From Ptychomitrium polyphyllum (Eukaryota), in the NCBI GenBank assembly GCA_973851085.1, contig OZ316775.1, forward strand, positions 18,290,001-18,354,000: DNA of 64,000 nucleotides. Direction: 5' to 3'. Shown here one piece after another: positions 25,701-38,500 of this stretch. The notes under the pieces are model-generated. The model searched no databases, was not told the origin of the DNA, and worked only from the letters and a program-made list of their open reading frames with translations. Every line of letters starts with the position of its first letter. The stretch's first letter is position 1. The position numbers were made by a program, and so were the translations under genes.

Positions 25701-28700
25701 CACACTAATCTTTTCCACGTCACGTATGTAGATATATTCTGAATTCGTGATCTTATGGAATTTCCTTTTTATGTGCTTCTTGCAGCTATCAATGTGGCGG
25801 TGCAGTGAAGAGCTGAAAACAAGGGTAATGAAAATCGAGTCTTTGCAACGAAAAGAGGCAAAACATTACATTGGTACTTTCTTACTTGACTGCTATTGTT
25901 TTGAGTAGTTGAAGAAACATGGTTATCAATACATCCTTGCTGCTGCAGTTCTGACTGAGATTCATACTGACGGAGATATATGTTCCATATGAATCAGAAT
26001 TCTGGAAGCACATTCCACCAAATGAACCATTTAGAGTGTTGTTGGGGGACATGCGTGACAAATTGTACAATACGCGTGAACATATGCGGCAGTTGTTGGC
26101 CAATGGCAAAAGTGATGTTCCTGTTGAAGATACCTTCACTGACGCTTCACAGGTATTCTGTTTATTGATGTTTTTTCGTAGTCAGTTCAAAGCTGCACCT
26201 AGGCACTCGTTATTGCAGGCCTCAGATTAAGTTATTGTAGCCAGCAGGTTGTCACACGAGCAATGTCAATCATTTCCTCATGATGCAGTGAGCCCGAAAG
26301 AAAAAGTTTCTCTAGCTCATATTTTACTGAATGACCGAATTTCTCAAGATATGATTGGCTAGGAGTGTCTCACCAGAGGTTGTTTTGGACAAAAGAATGG
26401 ACTGGAGCTCAAATTGCACCTGTGCAATTATGGGGCTCATCTAATACATTGGTCTATAGGAGTAGTTTTTGTAGTACGAACATTCAACTAGTTCTCACTT
26501 ATTTTGCAGGTTTTGGAGCCGTTGGAGCTGTGCCATAGGTCGCTTTGTGAGACTGGAGACAAACCCATCGCGGATGGTAGTCTTTTAGACTTTATGCGAC
26601 AGGTGTCATGCTTTGGTTTGAGCCTAGTTAAGCTCGATATCCGCCAAGAGTCTGATCGTCATACCGACGTTATGGATGCCATCACCAATCACCTTGGCAT
26701 TGGTTCTTACCGCAATTGGTCGGAAGAGCAACGCCAGGTTTGTTCTTTCACATGGATATGTTTTGTACAAGAGGACCAAATATCACGAACAGAGATAGAT
26801 AAACATAAAAGATAAATTTTTCGTGTAGTGTTGGTTCTGCATTAGTCAGTGTAGGCGTCTTCCTGTGATTTTTGTTTCTGACGATTATCCATGAAATGTG
26901 TTAGTCACCTACGGTTACCAAAATTTTACAGGAATGGCTTCTGACTGAACTTCGTGGGAGGCGTCCTCTTTTTGGAGCTGACCTACCAATGACGGAGGAA
27001 ATCAAGGATGTTTTGGACACTTTCAAAGTGATTGGTGAGCTGCCACCAGATAGCTTTGGAGCTTATGTCATTTCCATGGCAACAGCACCATCAGATGTCC
27101 TAGTAGTAGAGCTTTTGCAACGCGAATGTCGAGTTACAAAACCACTGCGAGTAGTGCCGTTGTTTGAGAAGCTGGCTGACTTAGAGGCTGCTCCGGCGGC
27201 CCTTTCACGTCTGTTTTCGATTGACTGGTATCTGAATCGCATAAATGGAAAGCAGGAGGTAAGTTACTGTTTCTAAATGTTTATTGTCTATTAGTATCCA
27301 TTCTGAGATTTTCTAGTCAAGAATTTTACCTTCAGCGCATTCAGTTTAGATCTTTACATGTGTGATTGGAATGTATCAACTACATTCAAAATCACTAATT
27401 GTTACTATTCCTTTTTTCAAATACTTATTTCGCTCTACTCTGATTTTTGTTATTAGGTCATGATAGGGTACTCAGACTCAGGAAAGGATGCAGGGCGCCT
27501 GTCAGCAGCGTGGCAAATGTTCAAAGCACAAGAGGACTTGGTCAAAGTTGCAAAGCAGTATGGAGTTCGTCTTACTATGTTTCACGGTCGGGGAGGCACT
27601 GTGGGTCGGGGTGGAGGCCCAACACACCTTGCTATACTATCCCAGCCTCCTGACACGATTAATGGTTCATTGCGAGTTACAATCCAAGGAGAAGTTATTG
27701 AGCAATCTTTTGGAGAAGAGCATCTTTGTTTTAGGACATTGCAGCGTTTTACAGCAGCTACCCTGGAGCATGGAATGCACCCGCCGATCGCTCCCAAACC
27801 CGAATGGAGAGAGATGATGGATATAATGGCCGTGGCATCCACCAAAGAGTACCGCTCTATTGTATTTCGAAATGCGAAGTTTGTGGAATATTTCCGTGCG
27901 GTGAGTACTTGAGAATTCTGTGACAATGAGCATTTTTCGCTGCAAACTATGTCTGACCCCTATGTCACTTCTAAATATTTTGTCTTTCAAACAATTTCTA
28001 TCGCACTTTCTTAGTTTATCGGTTCATGGACAGTTCAAGTATCTGTTCAAGCTTACGTTGTCCTGATTTCTTGCTACGGCTATTGGGCTCCGATGCTTAT
28101 ACTTTTTGCATGTTGAACAGGCTACACCAGAGCTGGAATATGGGCGCATGAACATTGGAAGTCGTCCATCTAAACGCAAACCAAATGGAGGCATTGAATC
28201 ACTACGAGCCATCCCCTGGATTTTTGCTTGGACACAGACACGTTTTCATCTCCCCGTTTGGCTAGGCCTTGGAACTGCTCTGAGAGAAGCACTGGAGACT
28301 GATCCTAAGAACATTGCCATTCTCCGCCGCATGTACAACCAGTGGCCTTTTTTCCGCGTGACCATCGATTTAGTGGAGATGGTGTTTGCAAAGGGTGATC
28401 CTCGAATCGCTGCTCTGTACGATAACTTGCTCGTGTCAGACGAGCTGAAGCCGCTTGGAGAGGAGCTGAGGCGCAAGTATAATGAAACAAGAGATCTCCT
28501 CCTCAAGGTACGTGTTCTTTCACCTTTAATGAGTTTTTTTGGTACTGAAGAATATCGGAAGAGTAGTTGACTTCCTCGTGGAGCCACCTTATGCAACGAA
28601 TTGAGTACGTATGACCTTATTTGATATGCACTGTTTTGTATATAGTGCTGTTTTTCAAACTAGTGGTGGAAGATTATGCCCAGGTTTATCAGTTTTTGGA

Positions 28701-29040
28701 CGATGAAGTGCTGATGCTGCAAAAACATCAACTGTGAATTGTTCAGGTTGCAGGCCATGAGGACATTTTACAAGGTAATCCCACGCTGAAACAGCGCCTG
28801 CGGCTTCGAGAACCTTATATTACTGCACTCAATGTTCAGCAGGCCTTAGTGCTGAAGAAGATGCGTGATCAGAGCTCTCAGTTCTGTGCACTTCAGAACG
28901 GTCAATCTGAAGTTAAATCGCCCAAGCGTGCTGCGGAGCTGGTTGAGTTGAATCCGACAACTGAATTTCCACCTGGTTTGGAGGACACTCTTATCCTCAC
29001 CATGAAGGGTGTAGCTGCTGGCATCCAAAACACAGGATAA
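22789..29040 (+). CDS. PPC: Plant-type phosphoenolpyruvate carboxylase (non-C4 type), 965 aa. Exons 22789-22947, 23554-23957, 24278-24362, 24567-24789, 25493-25596, 25786-25873, 25998-26152, 26510-26737, 26932-27258, 27457-27900, 28121-28507, 28747-29040
   Basis: N-terminal phosphosite [76 protein letters not shown] (Ala at the C4-diagnostic Ser position) and C-terminal QNTG*. All introns GT-AG; exon lengths sum to 2898 nt. Confidence 0.98.
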
Positions 29041-30099
29041 AGAAGGTATCGATCATCTTTCTTTTCTGTCGCCAGTCTGTTTTCTCTCGCTTTTTCAAAC
29101 AATAAAACACTATGAAAGGCAAGTTTTTTGGCAAAACGCAAGGAAAAAAATTGACTATTGCCTACCTTCTACGTTCCGAGTAATTACATTAATCTACTTT
29201 CAGATGCCTTAAACTTGAAATATTAAGTTACTGCTTAAAGCTGCAGATGCATGCTACTCCTGCAAATGATGATGCGAGTGCTGTCTGTGCAGGTAGGAAA
29301 GGAGGAAGATCTCAACCTCTGTATGTGAAAATTATCTAACAGCTATCAGCGCTGGATCTCAAAGTTCGCTTTCGGGCCATAGTTTTCATCACCTGATTGG
29401 TGTAAAGCTGGCAATCGTCATTTGTGGTTGCCATGTATCGGAAGTGGGTGCCAACCAACATTGACCCGAGCTTGTACCGCTGGAGAAAGAGTGCTTTTGC
29501 TGGCCATGTCTTCGTTTTTTGTCATCCTATTTGGACAGGATCAGATCTGGGCTTCCAAATCATTTGCGGTTTATGTGCTAGTGATGTATTAGTATATTGT
29601 GGTTTTGCCGCCGACACTACATGATATTATGTATAATTCGCAGACAATGTGGATGGTGGCTTAACCATCACCAAATGCTGAAATACTAGGTCAAAATAAT
29701 CTTCCACAATCATGGACACACGGCGGCTTTGACCTTGTACCTTTGTTGTTGTAAAACAAAGTTTGTAGACTTGTTGAAGTGAATTGCGCTTTCTGGAAGT
29801 GCTGCTCATTCATCTAAGCTTTTCCAGGCATTAAAAGGAGTGAAGTTTGATGTATGTGACGGTGTGTATGTGTTTCAGCAATTTATGCGTTGTGGGATAT
29901 GACGTTATGACTGGCTAGGTTAGTTTCAGAAGGACTCCCTCACTTGGCGTGAATAAACAGTGTTCTTAGTAGGCCCACTATAGTTTCATAACTCATTTAG
30001 TGCATGCTTCATATACTTGGTAAATATGGAGTAGAAAAATAGTGCCTGTAGTGCCAGTGTCATAACATACAATTTTATTCATTAGTTTTGATCATGTCG

Positions 30100-33000
30100 T
30101 GTTAACAAGGTTTGAGTAGAATGTGTGGCAAGCTTAAAAATATACACTCTAAATATCATATTTATTTATAGAAAACAATTATGAGGGTATATTTCACCTA
30201 ATAGTAATTAAATTTATAACTAGGAAAATACATTATTTTCATGAATAATAGAAAATTAAAAAGGAATTTATGGGAATTTATAGATATATGTGGAAATTTG
30301 CAGAATCGTTTTGAAAGCGATACATAAAAGTATCATTCTTTGTATTTTCCAATGTGGTCGTTTAGAAAGGATAAACAACAAAATGATATAATGTCCAAAT
30401 CAGAACCAAATATTAAATATGTAACAAAATGATATAATGTCCAAATCAGAACCAAATATTAAATATGTAACAAAATGATATAATGTCCAAATCAGAACCA
30501 AATATTAAATATGTAGAGGCTCTAAAATAGATGAATCATAAACATCACCATCATTTATTAAATTTAAAGCATAACCAGTATGAAGCTTTTAATATCTTTT
30601 AACCAAATGGTTTCAATATTAGTGTCTTTGTTACATATTATTTGTCACATATCTTTATTTCATTATGTTAAAAAATGCATCAAAGCATGTATAAAGATTT
30701 TTTAAATAAAAGAATTCTTCTAGATAATCTTTAAGAGGCTATAAAATTATGCAGATGATAAGCAAACTTAATAAAAATTCTTTTTTCACTAAATTACTTT
30801 CTAAAAATTAATAAATTATTCTTGAAATAAATTATTTTTTTTACATTTTAAACTTAAGGGATAGAAGTGTAGAAATAAACACCTTATTTAATTTTAATAG
30901 ATTCAAATAAATGTCACTAATAGGTAATATTGATGTTAAATACATAATTAATTTTGGTTATGCCATTGATGGCAGTGGCAATATATATCACAAGGAATTC
31001 TGAAGTTTAGCACATTCCATATTTTCAATTGATATTAGGACAATAGTTATAAAAGGGTCAAGTAATGTAAAAACAATATTTATGTTATATTTTGTGTGAT
31101 GAACATACAACACTTAATAGAATTTTCAAAAACCTTATATTGGCTTTTAAAACCTTATAAGAACTTTGTGTAACAAACATATATATCGGAAGCTTCCAAA
31201 AGATTTTTAGAAGGTCTAAGGAGATTTAGGAAGTTTCTAAAGAAGCCAATTTGATCAAAGAAAGCTTTTAACAAGAAGTTGCTTAAATATAAAGGGTCTA
31301 TAACTTATTGAGAAGCTTCCAAGGAATTTTGATCTAATAAAAAATATGAATTGAAGCTAAAGGAATCTTCTGGTCTAGCTCAATCTTTTGGCCTTGTATT
31401 TTTTTGTAATTCTTGGGTCCTTGGTATAAAATCCAATTATTCTATTTCCTTGTCTTATATGTCCATTTGTAATACTTTCATAGCCTTTAAATTTCATTGA
31501 AAATTTTCTTAAGAGGGTTTTTTTTGAATTTAGAACTTTCTATAAATTTATGAAAAGCTTCGTTAGAAATATTTTAGGCTTTTTGGATTTAATAAGAAAC
31601 AAAATGATGTATACTTCAATCTTAATAATTTGAATAATATAACTTATCCATAGTATTGCCTTGTTTTTAGTTCTTGCACCAATTCTTGTTCTCTGATAGT
31701 CTTTATTCTTAAAACCACTTCTTATTTTATTCCTAGTTTTTTTATGTCCATAATATTTTGGCAAAAAAATTTCCAATATTGCTTTGTTGCAATCTTATCA
31801 CAATGCTTATTTTTATTCATTGTTGTATCTTTTCATTTCATTATTAAAGCATGTTTATGATATTGACTAGATTTAAATAATACATGCAACCATATATTCA
31901 AATACATTTATACATTTGATGATACTGGAATGGGAGAGGATATGTAATAGAAGAGAAGCTTTTCTATTACAAATTTTCAACAATTGTATAGAAAGCACAT
32001 AATTTCTCCTTGATGTAAAGATGATATATTTCTAAATCTTAAATAGTCTTTAAAAAGATATCATTCCACTTTAATGAAATCCAAACAAGAAATATTAATT
32101 TCAAATAATCTTTCTAATATTTTAAATAATTACACATTGTGGTTTATTATTATATATTATATACTCTTAAAAAATATTTACAATTAAAGGAATATATTTT
32201 ACATATGTATTTATACAAAATAAAAAATTTAAATACTTGAACTTTATTATTTCAAAATAGAAAATTCATATTTCAACTTAATTCTTTAAATGCCAATTCT
32301 TTGCTTTGAATACATTTAATTCTAAAATTTAATGGAAAATTCTATTAAAATTACAAATAGAAATCAGTTTATTTATTTAAATAAAAATAAACATCAACTT
32401 TAAATCATTTTGATTATTGAATATTTTAATTATGAGTGAAATTAAAATGCATAGGAATACATATAAGTGAACATCATGTAATATATTTAAATTACATTTG
32501 TTCTAAATTAATAGGATACTTGTATTTATTAAATAAAAAGGACTTTGATGTAATATGCATTTAACTTGGTGTTGTACTTAGAAGTTACATCATTATTATT
32601 AATACTAATTGAAGGCTTGTTTATCCAAACTATAGACAATTTTGGACAAGTTTTGTTTAAATCTTATAAGTAAGTATAAGAAATTCAAATGTTATTTGAA
32701 AAATGATGCACAAAAATAATTAATTCAAGTGAAAGTAAATCTAATGATTTTATTTAGAAACTGTAAAATTTAATTTGTAAAGCCTAAGTTCAAAGCATTC
32801 AAGAAAATGTAAAGAAATACAAAAGAGCAAAATAGTTTGGAAATAAAATTCATAACTATCCCTTTAATAGTTTTTATCAACTACTATTTTGTTTTTGCAA
32901 TACTATTATATTTGTTTTTACTTTAATATAATATTGGTATATGATCTAGTACCATGAGAGTATTCATATAACAATTATAGCCAAAAATATTGAAATAAAT

Positions 33001-34800
33001 ATGTATGATGCATTACTGCAAAGCAATTTATTATGTGAAATCAATTAAAAAAATTATTTTAAAAAATTATCTTTTTGCAAAAACAATGATGTACTATCTT
33101 TGCAATAATAAATCAATTTGCTTTTGATATGTGCACAATATATATACAATGCATTGAAGAAGATTTTTTTTTTTTGCAACATAGTAGCAAAATAAATACT
33201 GATACTGTGCCATATAAGTATGAGTTTGTACTTTTATTAGCTTTTTTTGTGGAATCTCAATTTTAAATTCAATATAAAAGCATGTTCTTGTGATAAACCT
33301 TTAATCATCTCTATAAAAGAAATGGATTGTAGAAATATTAAATTTTATAGATGTTTAAAAAGAAATTTAAAAACAAAGGAAATTTTGAATAATCTTGTAA
33401 TAAAAGCTAATTCTATAACTTTGTACAATCTATCACCATTCTTCAAACACTTCAGATTTGAACATCTATCCAACACATTAAAGTTCCTTCTTTAGACATT
33501 TGCACTAAATTCAAGTTTTTTATTATTAACTCATCTTATTTTTTAAATTATTAATGGAATTAAAAAATAGATGAAGTTGTCTATATTAAATATATTATAT
33601 TTCTTCATCATTATTTATTTGAATTAAAATATTATTGAATTGTTCTTTGCTTATGAAAATATGTTTAGCATGTGTAAATATTAGAATGATTTAATATGTA
33701 TTACTCAAATAAGCTAATAGTATTAACAACCTATAAAAAAAAAATGTTTGCAATTGTAATATATCATTTGTTAGTTAAAGAAATATTTTAAGAGAAATAC
33801 TAATAAAATACTAAAGACATATAAACAAACCTAAATATTTTTGAAATTTTTTCAATTCATGTACATTTTTAAATTCATCTACAATACATTTTCATTTAGT
33901 GGTTCACCTAATTTACTATACTATATCTTTGAATCATCCATGTTGTTTAAATTTTATATCTTTCATTTATTAGTTCACTTAGCTCCTAGTTAAAATATAT
34001 TTTGGTCTTTAAAGGTTATAATTGAAATTTCAAACAAGTGGTACAACTTGTTTGTGCCATTGTAATTTCTTATCAAAAATCACTTAAATTTTTTTACATC
34101 AATTTAAGATTGCAAGTATGCAATCTTAAATAAATTTTATAAGAAAATAAGTTGGCATATCATACCCTTCACAATGTAAATATTTAAATTGGCAATTTTA
34201 ATAAGAAGCTCTTCAAAAAATGTGTAAAAAAAGAATATGTATTATTATTAGAATGATATAAGAAGTTTTATAAAAAGTTGTGCATAAATACAATTTCAAG
34301 TTTGTTCTTGTAAAATAAATGAATGTTATAGAAAAGATTCAAGAAAATTATATGTATTTTGAAATTCTTGGTCCTTCTTTGTATATTTTTATTCATATTA
34401 TCCTGTAGAAACTTAAAAAAAATGTATTTCTCTCAATAATATGGAATACAAAGCTTATTATGCTATTTTCCATTACCTATAATGATTCATTGGTATATCA
34501 CATTCTTAATTGGAATGTAAACTAAAGATTACAAACTCTTGAATCAAAATGTTTAGAACTACTTCCATTCTTAAAGTACCCAAAAGTTAACAAAAATTCA
34601 AAAATATACTTGATTTTAATGGAATTAGATGTATTTAAATATAAATATTATAAACTTCGAGATGAAAATACTAGAAAGTTCAAAATCTTAGAACAAGATT
34701 GTAATGTGTAATTTGAAATAGAGCATCCTATGTATAATTTTAAAAAAACTAATCACTCTTATTTTGCAATGTTTTTAAATTCCCTTTTATTAGTTTTACT
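30100..34800. other. Extremely AT-rich, CpG-poor non-coding island (probable decayed transposon or heterochromatic DNA); similar islands at ~15250-17200, ~17950-19600 and ~20600-21700
   Basis: Abrupt compositional switch relative to the flanking genes, almost no CG dinucleotides, no credible ORFs. No TIR, LTR or transposase motif recognised, so TE origin is inference. Confidence 0.5.
30377..30514. repeat. Perfect tandem repeat, 3 x 46 bp
   Basis: Unit aacaaaatgatataatgtccaaatcagaaccaaatattaaatatgt at 30377-30422, 30423-30468 and 30469-30514, identical copies. Confidence 0.95.
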
Positions 34801-34864
34801 CAGCCCCTGAAGATGTTCACACCAAGCTCGCCCAATGTCACAAACCTAAATGGCCCCTCAATCA

Positions 34865-34892
34865 AGCCCATGCGCTTTATGCTAAGTGGGCC
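34865..34892. promoter_or_regulatory. Site II-like motifs (AGCCCA 34865-34870, TGGGCC 34887-34892) upstream of CPSF100
   Basis: Two TGGGCY matches immediately after the AT-rich island ends, about 620 nt upstream of the CPSF100 ATG. Confidence 0.3.
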
Positions 34893-35503
34893 CGATTCCA
34901 GAACTAATTGGGCGAAACCACTGCCATATTGAACCAGTGCTGCAAAATAAGATGAGTCGTCGTTCGACTGATACCCACGAGATACTCGTATGACACTTGG
35001 TGTGACTGGAGTTATGTATCGTTCTTTACTCGGGTGAGTATCAGTAGTGCACACTACGTTTTTTAGAAGGACATCGAAAACTTGCAACGAAAGCTTTCCT
35101 ACACAAGGAGGCTGATCATTCCTCTGCAACCAGTGTTTACGATAGATACCTAGATGATACTGATGAAATGCTCATGTGATCCTCGCGTGAAATTGATGTG
35201 ATGCCTAGTTATACTTGGGCGAGCACCTGGAGGATCATTCGTTGGAAGCCTGTGGAGGCTCTTCTGCGTTTGCGAGCACTTGGTGTCGACGACGACACCC
35301 TGCTTTGTTACAGTCGCAGCGGTGGCGATGGAACCATGAGGGAAACGCAGGGAAGGAAAGGCGGCATTGCTGATTAGACCACGTAGGAATTGCGGTCGCG
35401 CGGTTTGTTATCTGCTGATTGCGACGGCGTGATCAATAAGCTCGAGGGAGAGAGATGGTTGCGCGGGAGGACAAGAGGCCAGGGGCGGTTTAGGGAGGGA
35501 GTC

Positions 35504-38500
35504 ATGGGGACGAGCGTGCAAGTGACGCCGCTTAGCGGCGCGCACTCGGAGGCGCCGCTATGCTACCTGCTCGCAGTCGACGGTTTCCGCTTCCTGCTGG
35601 ATTGCGGATGGACTGATAGCTTCGACCTGTCGCTTCTGGAGCCGCTCAAGAGGTTTGTTCCGCTTTCTTGAACCCTAGGTCGCTTTACACGAGAGGCTCT
35701 TCTCGGTCGTGGCATTGCGTTGTGCTTGCTTGTGGCTGGCCGAGTTTAGGCGTGAGAAGTATTGGTGCAATTATCTGCATTTGGAGCTTTTTTGATCAAT
35801 TAAGGTGCAGATTTCTTAAGCAGGTCCTTACTTCTTCTAGGTGTTGCGTAAGTTCTGATCCTGCGTGTTTGTTGAGGACGTAGAGAGTATTAGTTAGTTC
35901 ATTACGAAGTCCATTCGAGTCTAAGACCTAGGGAGATAGTTTCGAGAAATAAAATTGAGCCGTATGAGTATAAGCAATGCACTTGAATCCCTACGTGGAT
36001 CAACGTGAGAAATGTGATCGTATTCGTTACTGGTGGAGGCTGTCGGGCTTTTAAGCGGATTGATCCGTTTCTTTTGTTTATAATGTTTGAAATTGTTGAG
36101 GTGACGAGCCTCACGGAGTTTGTGGAATCCGCGGAATTAAAAAAAAATAAAATGGTCATACTAAAGATGCATGTACACAGATCTCTGTCATTGACGCATA
36201 GAGCACTCTGACTGAATATGATGGAGGTTGTTTTTCCTGGTATGACGTATTGATCTATGTCCTCCTTTGGCAGTGTTGCTCCAACAATCGATGCTGTTCT
36301 GTTATCTTACCCCGACACCATGCACCTGGGAGCTTACACTTATGCCTTTGCCAAGCTTGGGCTCCAAGCCACAATGTATTGTACATTACCAGTGCATCAC
36401 ATGGGACAAATGTACATGTATGACCACGTCCTTTCACGGAAGGTATGGATTTGAACGACATTCTGTGAACTGTTTCTTAAGAGGCCTGAACGTTCTCCTT
36501 CCTTGTCTAATTTAGGATTGTTTAGACTAGAAGTCTGTAATTGGTATTCGTAGCTTAGTTTCCGTGTGTTTAAAAACGCTTTGCAGTTCTTTAGAAGTGT
36601 GTCGTTATCTTCTCCTTGCTTTACGGTGCTTCAGTTAGTGTCTGATGCAGGTTTCTTATTAAAGAAGTATTGCTGCTTTTTATTTATTATGGTGTTTTGC
36701 ATGATGTTGAGTGTTACTCCGTGCAGGCTGTCTCCAATTTTGATTTGTTCACTCTAGATGATGTGGACACTGCGTTTGCGAACTCAATTCAACTGAAGTA
36801 TCAGCAGCACTACCAGCTGGCAGGTGTTTATATCGTATACATTGTTCTATTTCTTGGACCTACCGTATCCCTTTGCAAAAATTTGGAAATGCTATCGCTC
36901 ATTTATGACGTAATGCCGACTATCTTCGCGTTTTCTTGTGCTTGTGCAGGTAAAGGGGAAGGCATGACAATTACGCCCTATGCGGCGGGGCATCTTTTGG
37001 GTGGAACCATCTGGAAAATTACCAAGGATACTGAAGAAATCATTTATGCTGTGGACTTCAATCACCGCAAGGAGAGGTTAGCATTTGTTTTTGATGTTGT
37101 ATTTTCGTTATTGATACGTAAGCAATTATTATGGTTGTTAATCATGCTCTGAAATGTAACCAATCTCAATTCGTTTTACTTTTTGGTTCAATATGTAACC
37201 TCTTGCACCAGTCTTTGTGTGAGAGGGTGCATACTTGTAATATCCATAAGCCGAGATCCTATTATCTGCAGGCATCTAAACAAGACCGTTTTGGAGAACT
37301 TTGTTCGACCAGCAGTGCTTATCACTGATGCGTATAATGCTTTAAATAACCAACCTCAGCGGAAGCAGAGAGACCAGGAGTTTATTGGTAAGGTTCTTTA
37401 CAATTTCCTTAGTTATTTCAGACAGAATTTGGCAGACAGACTGGAGATTTTTGTGGTGTTTGCTTTAAGCTATTTGTTGGTGGCCTGAACAATTGTCGTT
37501 CTATTGCTTCTACAGATATGATACTCAAAGTGCTTCGGGCGGATGGCAATGTGTTGTTACCTGTTGAAACAGCAGGGCGTGTGCTTGAGCTTATTCTCCA
37601 CTTAGAAAGTGTAAGTGCTTAAGTTCTGGGGTCTCCGCAGTATATTTGAGCAAACTTGCTTGGTTTTTGATACGTTAGCGTGGTGCATTCTTGTTCGACG
37701 AAGGCATTTTTGAACCGGTCATGCTTAATTTAAACTTTTACTGTATGAAACCTGCAGAATTGGGCGAATCAACGACTTAGCTATCCTGTTGCTCTTCTTA
37801 CGAATGTATCTTATAGTACTGTGGAGTTTGCCAAGAGTCTACTGGAATGGATGAGTGATACCATAGCTAGATCCTTTGGAAGTTCCCGAGAGAACTCATT
37901 CCTTCTCAAGTAAGAACTCATGGCTGCTTGCTTTATCTGTTCAAATTTTCTCTCCTTTTAGTAAATAGTAAAGAAGCTTTGGTGCTGAAGAGCAGTGATT
38001 TTTCACGAATGCTTGTATTCAGAAAGGAGTCAGAATCGTCAAGCGACTTGAATATAACTATTATGACTTTTCCTTTCTTTTCTTTTTTAGGTATCTCAAG
38101 TTGTGTCATGATCGGAAGGAGTTTGATGAATTACCTCCAGGCCCTAAGGTAAAGCTCCAATACTTGCTCTGAACCACAGGTTCTTTATCACCGAACAGTT
38201 TTAAAGAGTTGTGCTGGCGTGAAGACTTGATCAGTTTGTATAGTTGAGGCCCCAAATTTGATTGTATACAAGGACTCTATATTAAACTTGAGTATTTCGA
38301 ACCTGTTGAGAGTTAGTTTCGACTAATACTATGATTTTGCTTCATGCTAGGTTATTTTTGCTTCAATGGCCAGCTTGGAGAGTGGGTTTGCTCGTGAATT
38401 ATTTGTGGAATGGGCCACAGACTCTCGAAATCTTGTGCTTTTTACCGAACGTGGTCAGGTACATCTTCTGCTGCTTTTCTCCAAGAGACATGGACGTGAA

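Noticed and set aside
28121..28900. C4-type PEPC specialisation
   Set aside because: PWIFAWTQ has Ala at the C4-diagnostic Ser position and LKQRLRLRE keeps the inhibitor-binding Arg; ordinary non-C4 enzyme.
30377..30514. Possible CRISPR-like array
   Set aside because: Units are contiguous with no unique spacers, there are no cas genes, and the context is eukaryotic.
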